From a virus (taxonomy: Duplodnaviria > Caudoviricetes), in IMG/VR virus record IMGVR_UViG_3300037440_000216, positions 1 to 35,306 of that record: a stretch of 35,306 nucleotides of DNA, one strand, 5' to 3'. Position numbers and translations under genes: made by a program. A model generated the notes under the pieces. It saw only the letters and a program-made list of their open reading frames with translations. It did not search any database and was not told where the DNA came from. Shown here piece by piece: positions 16,868 to 25,516 of this stretch (positions within the stretch are counted from its first letter, which is position 1; every line of letters begins with the position of its first letter).

Positions 16868-17173
16868 CTAGACCACCGTCACAATGCCGACCTGCCGCAC
16901 AGGGAATTCGGGGTTAGACGATGCCCGCCACCACATTCGCCACCGCCCCACAGCCAGGGTGACCAGTCCGCCCGCGGCGGCAGTGGTGGACGCACGGATC
17001 AATACCTCGACGTTGGGGTCCACAAAGGGGGCGTTGAACCAGTCGCCGCCCACAGGTTGGGTGTCGGGAGGAACGACCGCGACTTGATGGGTCAGCGTGG
17101 CCGGGTCCACGGGTGCTGTGCTGATCGGGAAGCTCACTATTTCGAGGCTCTGCCGGGGCAAGATTATTTTCAT
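16868..17173 (-). CDS. Small beta-rich structural protein (fibre cassette)
   Basis: ATGA overlap; LAVGRWRMWW...NPEFPV pattern. Confidence 0.65.
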   Translation of the reverse strand: MKIILPRQSLEIVSFPISTAPVDPATLTHQVAVVPPDTQPVGGDWFNAPFVDPNVEVLIRASTTAAAGGLVTLAVGRWRMWWRASSNPEFPVRQVGIVTVV

Positions 17174-18651
17174 GTTCGCCGCAAGCCTCCTAAGTCCCAA
17201 CGCTGGCCGGTGTCGCCGGGATTCCAACGTTGCGCCATGCTACCTGTTGCCCACTGCGTTTGCAGGGAGCCTATGACGACGACCATATCGGTAGGAATGC
17301 CCGCAACGACTGAGGACACCGCAGCACGCAAGGCCACCCGTGCAGCCGCCGTGGTGACCACGCCTCCGCCGGTGACAATGTCAGTGGTCCCAGCGCGGAG
17401 TGCCAGGCGTGCAGCGACAGTATCTACAACGCTTTGCGCCGCGATCGCCGACGTGACAGCGGAGCGGAGTGCGAAGCGACCGCCGACGGTGTCAACGAAG
17501 GTCGCACCTAGCACCAGCGACGTGGCACCGGATCGCAGAACCAGACGAGCGGCGGCGGTGTTAACAGTCCATCCACCAGCATCGACCGAAGTGGCACCGG
17601 CACGCAGGGCGAACCGGCCCGCAAGCGTGTCGACGGTTGCAGCCGCGGTGTCGACGGAAGACACGGCGGAACGGAGAGCGACGTGAGACGCAAGGGTGTC
17701 AACGGTCACGCTGCCCCCGGCCGCCTGAACTGTCGTGACCGCTGCGCGGAGGGCTAGTCGAGCAGCCGCAGTGCCAATGGTTGCTGCTCCAAGGACAATA
17801 GAGGAAACTCCAGCGCGGAACGCCAGACGGGCGGCGGCGGTATCCACAATGGACACTGCCAAGTCGACTGTCGTCACGGCAGCGCGGAGTCCTAGGCGAG
17901 CCGCCGTCGTGTCGACCGTGGTGGCGCCCAGGTCTAGGGTGGTTGCTGCTCCACGCAAGGCCACCCTTGCAGCGGACGTATCCACAACCACCGCGCTGGC
18001 GCCGAAGGTGACCACGGCGATACCCGCAGACCAGGCGCTATTGGCAGTGCTCGTCCCGGTCGCCGCAACCGGGTTGGTGTTGGCAAGCGCCTGGTCCATA
18101 AACACGGCCATCATGTTCGTGGCGGTCGCACCTGCGGTCCCAGTATCTGCGTAGCCGCGTTGTGTCCATGACCCCGACGGCGCAAGATCGCCTGTCTCGC
18201 CCGTGGCCGTCAGATACCCTATGGCGACAGCCGGGGCCGCAGCAGGGGTCTTGTTCCCCGAGTCGAGAGTGTTGCCGCTACCGGACGCCTCGACAGCCGG
18301 AGAGTCAAGGGTGGCCGCACCTACGTACTCCCCCGCCATGTGGACTTGTCCACGGTTCTGCGTGGTCCCGTAGGTGACGGTTATCGTGTCGCCCGAAACC
18401 AGCGCGGTGGTGAGCACCGAGAACCACATACCCGACCGCGGGTTGTCGGTGATTTCGTTGTAAATCTCGGTGTAGGTGTTGCCCTTGGAGTCGGTGACAC
18501 CCGACGCCGCACCGTTGGCTAACTGGCCGGTGCCAACAAATACGGTGTTCCCCAAGGCGTGGCCTGCGGCATCGACTGGAATATCTAGCGACGTGCCGGC
18601 GGCCTTGGACGTGACCGGCCCGGACAGTCGGACGAAGTCGCCGTCGGGCAT
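17170..18651 (-). CDS. Putative virion fibre/appendage protein with ten 23-aa repeats
   Basis: N-terminal beta domain (VTDSKGNTYT); repeats VDTxAARxALRxxxTxxxxG; Trp-spaced C-terminus. Confidence 0.65.
   Translation of the reverse strand: MPDGDFVRLSGPVTSKAAGTSLDIPVDAAGHALGNTVFVGTGQLANGAASGVTDSKGNTYTEIYNEITDNPRSGMWFSVLTTALVSGDTITVTYGTTQNRGQVHMAGEYVGAATLDSPAVEASGSGNTLDSGNKTPAAAPAVAIGYLTATGETGDLAPSGSWTQRGYADTGTAGATATNMMAVFMDQALANTNPVAATGTSTANSAWSAGIAVVTFGASAVVVDTSAARVALRGAATTLDLGATTVDTTAARLGLRAAVTTVDLAVSIVDTAAARLAFRAGVSSIVLGAATIGTAAARLALRAAVTTVQAAGGSVTVDTLASHVALRSAVSSVDTAAATVDTLAGRFALRAGATSVDAGGWTVNTAAARLVLRSGATSLVLGATFVDTVGGRFALRSAVTSAIAAQSVVDTVAARLALRAGTTDIVTGGGVVTTAAARVALRAAVSSVVAGIPTDMVVVIGSLQTQWATGSMAQRWNPGDTGQRWDLGGLRRT
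17293..17985 (-). repeat. Coding tandem repeat, 10 x ~69 nt (23 aa)
   Basis: Units such as VDTSAARVALRGAATTLDLGATT and VDTTAARLGLRAAVTTVDLAVSI; degenerate at the DNA level. Confidence 0.85.
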
Positions 18652-18693
18652 GTCAGGCCCTAATCAGAATCGAAGCCGTCGCCGGCCCACTCA

Positions 18694-19122
18694 TCACGGG
18701 TTCTCGGCAATCACCCATTCATTGTCAGATGCGCCTTCGCCGTTGACAACAAAACCGGCTCCATTCGCGGCCGCGCCAAACCCAGCATCTGAGAACGAGA
18801 TCAAGGGACTGTCAGCGTCGTTGGTGACCAACTTGAACAGCACCTGGCCCATAGGGGTTTCGTTGTCTAACGCCCCGTAATCGACCGGCGCGGCGAGCAA
18901 CCGGGCCTCGTTGGTGGTGTCGTTCTCGACCACCGACTTGGTGCCCAGGGTCTGGCGAGCATAGGACACGTCGGTCAGTTCGCCAGTGATGTCGGCCACA
19001 AAGTTGTGGTCGTCGTCGTAGACATAGGAGGCGTCAACCAGGAGCGCCCGAACAGTGTCCGAGGCCCAGACCAGCGACCCGTCGGCGAGTATCAACTTGC
19101 CTCGGTTGTAAACCCCTGCCAT
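18694..19122 (-). CDS. Small structural protein (fibre-cassette anchor type)
   Basis: VYNRGK...WASDTVRALLV..Y...DHNFVAD...YARQTL...DADSPLI; TAATG overlap with the tail tube gene. Confidence 0.7.
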   Translation of the reverse strand: MAGVYNRGKLILADGSLVWASDTVRALLVDASYVYDDDHNFVADITGELTDVSYARQTLGTKSVVENDTTNEARLLAAPVDYGALDNETPMGQVLFKLVTNDADSPLISFSDAGFGAAANGAGFVVNGEGASDNEWVIAENP

Positions 19123-19790
19123 TACGGGCTACTCGGCGACGGGACGGCCTGGCTACCACAGACGGCGGTCGGGGGAGCGACACAGGTCTTGCGGAGCAGG
19201 GCGATCTGGTTGGCAGCGATCGCCACGTCGAGCGGCGCGGCCGGGTCACCGATCACATCCCACGGCCCGAGTCCCCACTGGCTATTCGCCTCGGTGTATC
19301 CGGTCGTGGTGAATGTGGCCGCGGCGTTCTCGACCACGATGTCGCCGAACTGAGCACCGGCAACGAACGGAACCAGGATGTACCCGAAACAAGCACCCTC
19401 CTCGGCGCACTGGTCGCCGCTGAGCCCGGTCCACACTTCGAGTGCCCACTTCTCATTGTTCTGCCCGGTCTCCACCCGAAACCCGACCGCGTCGGTCCCA
19501 TCCAACTCGACGGGGAATCCGGTGATAAGGCTGATGATGTCAGGATCGACCTGGCACCAGTCGACGTTTACGTTGAGCCGCTTCAACTCGTCGGGCGAAC
19601 GCTCATTGACACACAGCGCCCCGTTGGCGTTTTTCTGTATGAACTCGTCGCCGCTCTCGATCTCGGCGGTCAGCGTGACGGAGATAAACCCGTCGGACAC
19701 CACAAAGAGGTCGGCGACGGCGCCACACTCGTCTAGCTGGGTGACACGGACGGCCTTGCCGCGTACTGTCGTGTAACACTGGGTTGGCAC
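19122..19790 (-). CDS. Major tail (tube) protein
   Basis: RGKAVRVTQLDECG, QKNANGALC, CQVDP, ALEVW, WGLGP; AAGGAG RBS; ends PSPSSP. Confidence 0.85.
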   Translation of the reverse strand: MPTQCYTTVRGKAVRVTQLDECGAVADLFVVSDGFISVTLTAEIESGDEFIQKNANGALCVNERSPDELKRLNVNVDWCQVDPDIISLITGFPVELDGTDAVGFRVETGQNNEKWALEVWTGLSGDQCAEEGACFGYILVPFVAGAQFGDIVVENAAATFTTTGYTEANSQWGLGPWDVIGDPAAPLDVAIAANQIALLRKTCVAPPTAVCGSQAVPSPSSP

Positions 19791-19801
19791 TGTCTATCTC
19801 C

Positions 19802-20551
19802 TTACGGTGAGTCGGTTATCGAAACGGAAACGTTGAAGCACGGGTCGAACACTGCCAGCGCCGGCGCCTCATGGACTGCCAGGTGACGGTTGTCGGTCCA
19901 GTCAACCACCTGAATGCTTTCCCTGCCGCCAAGATCGGCGAAGACCTCCGGGGTGGCAACCAGTTCGTCGGCGAGAGCTGTCTCATAGCCGGGTGACGCA
20001 ACGACAAGGTGGCCGGTGGCTGTGCGCCAGTTGCCCACCAGGTCCATGTGCACCACGTCCGCCGCTACCAACTCGGTGAGTCGGGACGGTGCAACGTGTA
20101 CCCATGCCAAGTGGCCGCGCAGGTTCGATGCGATCAACCCTTCGAGGATCGCCAGAGCCTCGGCTGCGGTTGCTGCCGAACCGGACGCGGTGGCGTCCGC
20201 CAGTGAGGGGTTGCCGGTGACAGCGCCGGTAGCCAACTCGGCTCCGACATTGAACTCGGCCACCACGCTCAGCGCAGTCGCCGCCCGGTCGAGACGTTCT
20301 GTGTCCGAGAGTGTGGTGCAGACCACCGACACTTCGACACCCAGCGGATCGAACTCGGCGATGTCCGTCCCCTGTAATTGCTTCTCCCCTGGAGACGTCG
20401 GACAGAACTGGTGCGACCCGGCGATGAGGCACACTTCGGAGGCGAACTGCACGCCGCGCGTCCAGTTGTCCGGGAGCGATCCTGCCAGGGCGAGGACTCC
20501 CCCCCCAACCGCGGTGGCTGAGGGGAGAGTCGCTGCTGTCGTCAGTGTCAC
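19802..20551 (-). CDS. Second capsid protein (cluster-B-type pentamer-like)
   Basis: Coupled to the major capsid gene; WTRGVQF..C, FDP..V...C, AWVH, T.TG..VV...GY, N...A..E...A.FDPC; ends TDSP. Confidence 0.65.
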   Translation of the reverse strand: MTLTTAATLPSATAVGGGVLALAGSLPDNWTRGVQFASEVCLIAGSHQFCPTSPGEKQLQGTDIAEFDPLGVEVSVVCTTLSDTERLDRAATALSVVAEFNVGAELATGAVTGNPSLADATASGSAATAAEALAILEGLIASNLRGHLAWVHVAPSRLTELVAADVVHMDLVGNWRTATGHLVVASPGYETALADELVATPEVFADLGGRESIQVVDWTDNRHLAVHEAPALAVFDPCFNVSVSITDSP

Positions 20552-22152
20552 GGCGAGGTCTCGACCGCAACGTTGCAGATGCAGGCCGGGTCGATGTCGA
20601 CCGTGATGGTCAGACTGTCGTCGCCTGGATCGTCACACGGGGCCGTCCGTTTGGCTGCACCCTCGAAGGTCTCCATGAACGCCAGCCGGTCGTTGGACTG
20701 GATCAGCGTCTTGTCGACGATCTCGGTACCGAGGTCCAGTGTCCCACCGTCGAGGAACCACCACGTACCCTCGGGGAAGACCCTGATGTCTGTGGTAGAC
20801 GGGAAGTCCACCAAGGCGCCCGCCGCCTGCGCCCCGATGATTGAGTCGTCGAGGGTGTAGGTGACGGTCACGCCACGGGTTGCGAAATACTGCGCAATGG
20901 CAGCGTCCGCCAATCCGGGGGCGCCGGTCTGACCTGCGGGGGCCTGAGCGGTGAAGTGGTCGCGGATTGCGTTCCGCAGCCAGCCGTCGAGGATGACCCG
21001 GAACCCTGTCGCTGTGGACAACCGCTCACGGGAACGGATACCGGCGACCGCACGGTCAACCGCGCCGAGCACACCCTGGATGGTGGGCAGACCCTGGAAC
21101 GTGGCCGCGATCGACTGGGCGTCGATCTGTGCCAACAGGTTCTGCTCCGCTGTCCGGTCGTGGAGTATGCCCAACTGGCCGAGGGCGTTGGCCCACTGCT
21201 CGCCGGAGAATCGTGCCATGAAGTTGCCCACTTCGAGACACGCCGTCACCGCGTCAACGGTGGCAGTGCACTCTGCGTCACAGTCGACATGGGGACACGG
21301 CTTCTCAGCCGGGGACGACGGTGAGACATCGTTCTCCGATGTCCACACAGCCACCGAACCGGCTACCGGATCAAGGCTGGGCCGGGGGGCCGCGATGTAG
21401 CGAACACCGCCGCGGTCGGCACCGAACCGGGTTAGAGCGTCACGCACCGGGCGGCCACGGGAACCGACCAACGGTATCTCGTAGCTGGCCGGGAGCGGCC
21501 CACAGATTCCACCGGCGGCGGCGATAGCCTCGAAGGCCGTCCCGCCCTGGCCGAGCACCTGGTCGATGATCCTTGCAGACCTGTCGCTGTCAGCGTCGAG
21601 GCGGCGGTCTTCGGGTAAGTCCCAGGTCATCCTTACCAGGGTGTCCCGGCCACGGTCCCGACCGCGGGCGTACTGGCTGAACAACTGCGCCACATCCCGC
21701 GTGGTCGAGTTGTGGTCCAGTTTCTCCGATGCGGCCTGTCCGACACCGCGGACCCTCACATCGGGGAACGGGTTGTCGGGTTCGGCGTGGGCGTCGATCC
21801 GCGCCCGCTGGTTCTGCGATGCGAGACGCACGGCCTGTAGGTCTAAGACCTCTGGCTCGGATGCTTCTGCCTCGTCGTCGACCTCATCCTCGTCGACTTC
21901 GACTACCTCCTCCGGCTCGGGGTCGGCGAGCTCGGCCAGTCTAGCGTCCTCCTCGGCCTGTACCTCGGCGCGGCGGGCAAGCTCCTCGTCGATCACGTCG
22001 ATCGCTTGTTTGAGGCTTGTGGCCTCGGCGACATTGCGCGCAGATACCGCCGCGTTCTTGAGGGTGCGGAACTCGGCCTGTGCGTCTAGAAGCTCCTCAT
22101 CGGTGGGGGGCTCGTCGGTTCCCAATCGGGAGAGTATCTGGGTCGGGTCCAT
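20548..22152 (-). CDS. Major capsid protein (cluster-B-type hexamer-like) with N-terminal coiled-coil/acidic scaffold region
   Basis: AAAGGICGP...Y, RGGVRY, KPC..V.C, CLEVGN, FPEGTW..LDGGTLDLG, ND..AF.E; AGGAG before ATG 22152; ends ETSP. Confidence 0.85.
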   Translation of the reverse strand: MDPTQILSRLGTDEPPTDEELLDAQAEFRTLKNAAVSARNVAEATSLKQAIDVIDEELARRAEVQAEEDARLAELADPEPEEVVEVDEDEVDDEAEASEPEVLDLQAVRLASQNQRARIDAHAEPDNPFPDVRVRGVGQAASEKLDHNSTTRDVAQLFSQYARGRDRGRDTLVRMTWDLPEDRRLDADSDRSARIIDQVLGQGGTAFEAIAAAGGICGPLPASYEIPLVGSRGRPVRDALTRFGADRGGVRYIAAPRPSLDPVAGSVAVWTSENDVSPSSPAEKPCPHVDCDAECTATVDAVTACLEVGNFMARFSGEQWANALGQLGILHDRTAEQNLLAQIDAQSIAATFQGLPTIQGVLGAVDRAVAGIRSRERLSTATGFRVILDGWLRNAIRDHFTAQAPAGQTGAPGLADAAIAQYFATRGVTVTYTLDDSIIGAQAAGALVDFPSTTDIRVFPEGTWWFLDGGTLDLGTEIVDKTLIQSNDRLAFMETFEGAAKRTAPCDDPGDDSLTITVDIDPACICNVAVETSP

Positions 22153-22191
22153 TTCGTGCAGCTCCTGGCTGTAGTTACAACTTATGTTGCG

Positions 22192-22237
22192 ACCAACCCA
22201 CGGCTGCGACGCTCTGCCAACCAACCCACGGCTGCGA
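22192..22237. repeat. Perfect 18-bp direct repeat in the capsid leader
   Basis: ACCAACCCACGGCTGCGA at 22192-22209 and 22220-22237. Confidence 0.85.
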
Positions 22238-22248
22238 TGGCCTTCCTA

Positions 22249-22278
22249 TATCTAGCAGAGTCCCGCGGACAATGTCAA
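22249..22278 (-). promoter_or_regulatory. Putative capsid-operon promoter
   Basis: Perfect TTGACA (22278-22273), 18 nt spacer, TGC-TAGATA (imperfect -10). Confidence 0.5.
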
Positions 22279-22365
22279 GCATCGCGGTTCGGAGAGGGTG
22301 GGCAGACACCGGGGAACGCCGCCCACCCCCGCCGACCTGTCCGGGGCGTGGCGGTCCCGGAAGTC

Positions 22366-23907
22366 CTACGACAGGAGCACCCCGACGGCGTCCTCTAGCG
22401 CGGTCAGGCGGGACTCGACACAAGGGACTTCCTCGCCGTCGGCGGACACGTCGAAACAGTCTGCCTCGATGGACGCTGCGGCGGCAATGCCCGAATTGAC
22501 CTCGGCGGCGGTCAGGTAACCCTTAGGGAACCCTCCCACGTTGACCGCGGGCAGACCGACCAGGGTGGGCATTCCTCGCTGGTCTGATTCCCAGTGCCCC
22601 GACACGTCACTTGAGGCGAGTGCGTAGCGGTCATTCTTTGACAGTCCGGGCCGGATCATCCCCGAGAACCATATGCCGTAGGCGTCACGACCTACCCGGA
22701 CATCGGCACCGGCCCGCCCTGTCTTGTCATAGTGGCGGGTCGCTTCGATGACGCCAACCCCTTCGGCAGCGTGGCCGTCATCACCAAGGACGATGACGCC
22801 GGTGCGCAGGCCGCCCGCCGCGGGAGCGTATCCGCGCATAAACCCTTCAAGATCACCCTCGGGCGGGGTGACACAACGCTCTGGACGTCCACGCAAGCAG
22901 ACCCCCATCGGGGCGACGTGTCCGAAGATGTGGTCGCCGTCGACCGTGACCGGAACCGACCAGCGGCCCGCGCTGGGGTCGTAGCGCAACCTGTCGTCTG
23001 TGCCGGGGATTCCAAAGTTGGGATTGGCGAAGTAGTCAACCAGTTTCGCCGAGGCCGCAATGGCGACGGGCGGCGAGCCGTCGGAACGTTCGGAGATGAT
23101 TTGATCCAGCGTGGCAACCCGGTCCGCCATACCCTCGCGGACAGCTTCCACCGCGGTCACCATTCGACCTTGACCGAACCCATCGCGAACAGCCTTCGCC
23201 GACACGCCACGACCGCGGGCGACGTCGGTGACGAATAGGTCGTAATAGTGATCGACCTTTGACTGGATAGCGGCACGGGCCTCGGGGTCGAGCGGGCCGA
23301 ACGGGTGACCCTCCGTCTTGTATTTGCCCGCCGAGATCAGAGTCGTCCTGACCCCTAGCTGCTTCTCTGCGCCCGACACGTCCTGGTGTGCTGTGAAAAC
23401 ACCGATCGACCCAACCTCGCCGGACGGGGAAACTGCAACCTCGTCGGCCTGTGATGTCAGCCAGTACGCCGCGGACGCCGACTGCGTGTTGGCTACGGCC
23501 ACCGTCGCAGTCTTCAAACCACGGATGACTTCGGCAGTCTCCGGCAGGAGGTCGACCGACCCGCCGGGCGACGCCACGTCGAGGACGATGGTGGATATCT
23601 CTGGGTCTCGGTCGGCGGCGGTCAGAGCTGCGGTCAGCTTCTGGAGCGACGTGCCGCCAGAGAACTCGCTGAACATGTTGGCCCGTGGAAAGATGGTCCC
23701 ATAGATCGGGATGACTGCGACCTTGCCGGTCTGGCTCGGCAGACGTTCGGAGTCCTTGCCGTCGAGTCTTGCCTCTATCTCCTCGGCGGTGAGTTTGCCG
23801 CCGCTGGCCCTGAATTCCAGCACATCGAGAATGGCGCCCAACGCCTCGGGTCGGATAGCCCACGGCATCTCTTGGACATAGCGGACAACCCGCTCGAAGT
23901 CAGGCAT
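22366..23907 (-). CDS. Capsid maturation protease: S49 (SppA/ClpP-like) domain fused to a cluster-B-type protease domain
   Basis: N-terminal PWAI, LDVASPGGSV, ASAAYWL, VGSIGV, ISAGKYKTEG; C-terminal IFGHVA...C...CV.PP, GHA, HYD.T, ADVRVGRD.YGIW..G, VSGHW, AVNVGGFP. Confidence 0.85.
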   Translation of the reverse strand: MPDFERVVRYVQEMPWAIRPEALGAILDVLEFRASGGKLTAEEIEARLDGKDSERLPSQTGKVAVIPIYGTIFPRANMFSEFSGGTSLQKLTAALTAADRDPEISTIVLDVASPGGSVDLLPETAEVIRGLKTATVAVANTQSASAAYWLTSQADEVAVSPSGEVGSIGVFTAHQDVSGAEKQLGVRTTLISAGKYKTEGHPFGPLDPEARAAIQSKVDHYYDLFVTDVARGRGVSAKAVRDGFGQGRMVTAVEAVREGMADRVATLDQIISERSDGSPPVAIAASAKLVDYFANPNFGIPGTDDRLRYDPSAGRWSVPVTVDGDHIFGHVAPMGVCLRGRPERCVTPPEGDLEGFMRGYAPAAGGLRTGVIVLGDDGHAAEGVGVIEATRHYDKTGRAGADVRVGRDAYGIWFSGMIRPGLSKNDRYALASSDVSGHWESDQRGMPTLVGLPAVNVGGFPKGYLTAAEVNSGIAAAASIEADCFDVSADGEEVPCVESRLTALEDAVGVLLS

Positions 23908-25477
23908 GGTCTAGAACCTCCATCGCTTTGAGACTGTCAATCGGGGTCGTCAGCGTCTCCATCACCCAGGACACTAGACGATCCTGGTTGTCGGCGGTAG
24001 CAACCTCCCGCACCGCGTCGGCGATGACCTCGACCAACGGCATCTCGCGGGCGACGTCATCCATCGGAATCCAACAGGCGAAATCCGACGGGTGAATGCC
24101 CGACAGGCGGTTGCGGTGCGGTGTGTTCCGCCAAGCCTCCCGCAACTTGAAAGCGGCGACCTTGCGGGCGTGCGCAGCCACTTCGTAATTCGACACGATC
24201 CCCGCCGAGTTCTCAGGCGACGACCGCGCGGGTCCAGGGTTCTCGCCGACCCTGCGCTCCCTGTCCATCGTTGCTTCGCTGTTAGGACTCAAAATCTGCA
24301 ACAGTCGCTCGAACTCCTCGTCGGTCGGGGCGTCCGCATCGGTGGCACCGATCGACTCCAGGACGTATGCGGGGCCGACGATCCCCAACTTGTAGGCGTC
24401 CATGGCGTCGCGGACAGACGAGCGCCGGGCCAGCATCACCCGCGGGTCTGGTGTGATTTCGACCGTAACTGTCGACTCGGGGTTGGCCGCCCGCCTCAGA
24501 CGTTCGGAGACCTCGGCGTAGAGGCTCCCGATGCGAGCCGCCCGCGGTGCGATGTGTGCCTGGTAGGTGTCCATCGAAACCGCCCAGGCGTTCCAATACG
24601 TCGAGTCGCCGATACCCTGAATCAACTCTGGCTCGATGTCCAGGGCGTTGGCAATCCGGATCACAGCCCGTTCGATCTTCCGGTCGATCAGGTCGTCATA
24701 CGGACGGGGGAAGGTGATATAACGCACCGTGTCGATCAGGTCACGGCGCATCCGAATGTGGATCGGGGCCAGGGCCGACGGCGACTTCACATCGCGGATG
24801 GCGTTCGTCATCGCCTCCAACAAATTCGCTTCCCAAGGGTCTTCCGCTGCGTAGAGCTGTTCGGCGGGGGTGACGATGATCCCGGCTTGTGACAACCTCG
24901 ACCGGGCCTGCCCTTGTGACAGAGCCTGATAAGTGAGCACTTCCTCCGCCGGGCCGATAGCGGTGCGCACCGACGAGTCGGCCTTCTCTGGGTTGGTCGG
25001 GTCGGTCTGCCACGACCTGATCGCAATCCGCCCCGACGCGCGGGCACTGGCGATCTTCTTGTCGAGGTCTTTTTCGATCACCGAATAAACAGCGAACTTG
25101 CCGGGCTCGGTCTCGATGTACCATGCCTCACCGGACACCTGGTCGTTCAATGCCAGCAGGTAGGTGGCCTCCTGTGGGCCCATCCCAGCGGTGATCGCCT
25201 CGATCTCGCGCTTCGCCGCGTCGGGGAACAGTTGCCGGCCGTTGACCCTGACCCGCCATTCGAGTTGGGCGGTCTGACGGGACAATCTCGTCGTCGGGTA
25301 GTGGAGCTCGCCGACCTGAGCCCAAAGAGTCCACGCCTGACGCTGCCACTGCTCTGTCCTGTTCGAGCCGACGGACACCGGGTCGCCCGCGGGGACGGTG
25401 AAGGTTGCCGGGGCGACGGCGTCGAGACCGAACAGGGCAGACCATCCGTAGCCGACCAGATCGCGCAGGGTTACCAT
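23900..25477 (-). CDS. Portal protein
   Basis: WQRQAW..W..VGELHY, SRLSQAGI, DVKSPSALAPI, RIANALDIEPE...G.GDS.YW.AW; lies upstream of the protease. Confidence 0.85.
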   Translation of the reverse strand: MVTLRDLVGYGWSALFGLDAVAPATFTVPAGDPVSVGSNRTEQWQRQAWTLWAQVGELHYPTTRLSRQTAQLEWRVRVNGRQLFPDAAKREIEAITAGMGPQEATYLLALNDQVSGEAWYIETEPGKFAVYSVIEKDLDKKIASARASGRIAIRSWQTDPTNPEKADSSVRTAIGPAEEVLTYQALSQGQARSRLSQAGIIVTPAEQLYAAEDPWEANLLEAMTNAIRDVKSPSALAPIHIRMRRDLIDTVRYITFPRPYDDLIDRKIERAVIRIANALDIEPELIQGIGDSTYWNAWAVSMDTYQAHIAPRAARIGSLYAEVSERLRRAANPESTVTVEITPDPRVMLARRSSVRDAMDAYKLGIVGPAYVLESIGATDADAPTDEEFERLLQILSPNSEATMDRERRVGENPGPARSSPENSAGIVSNYEVAAHARKVAAFKLREAWRNTPHRNRLSGIHPSDFACWIPMDDVAREMPLVEVIADAVREVATADNQDRLVSWVMETLTTPIDSLKAMEVLDHA

Positions 25478-25516
25478 TGGTCGAAGATACTAACCACAGC
25501 GCGAGACGTTAGCGCG

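Noticed and set aside
22192-22237. Direct repeats as a possible mini-CRISPR
   Set aside because: Only two 18-bp copies with a 10-bp spacer and no cas genes.
23036-23863. 275-aa ORF inside the protease gene, and similar long + strand ORFs over the structural arm (e.g. 24092-24892, 26877-27638)
   Set aside because: Off-frame or antisense shadows with no motifs, RBS or coupling.
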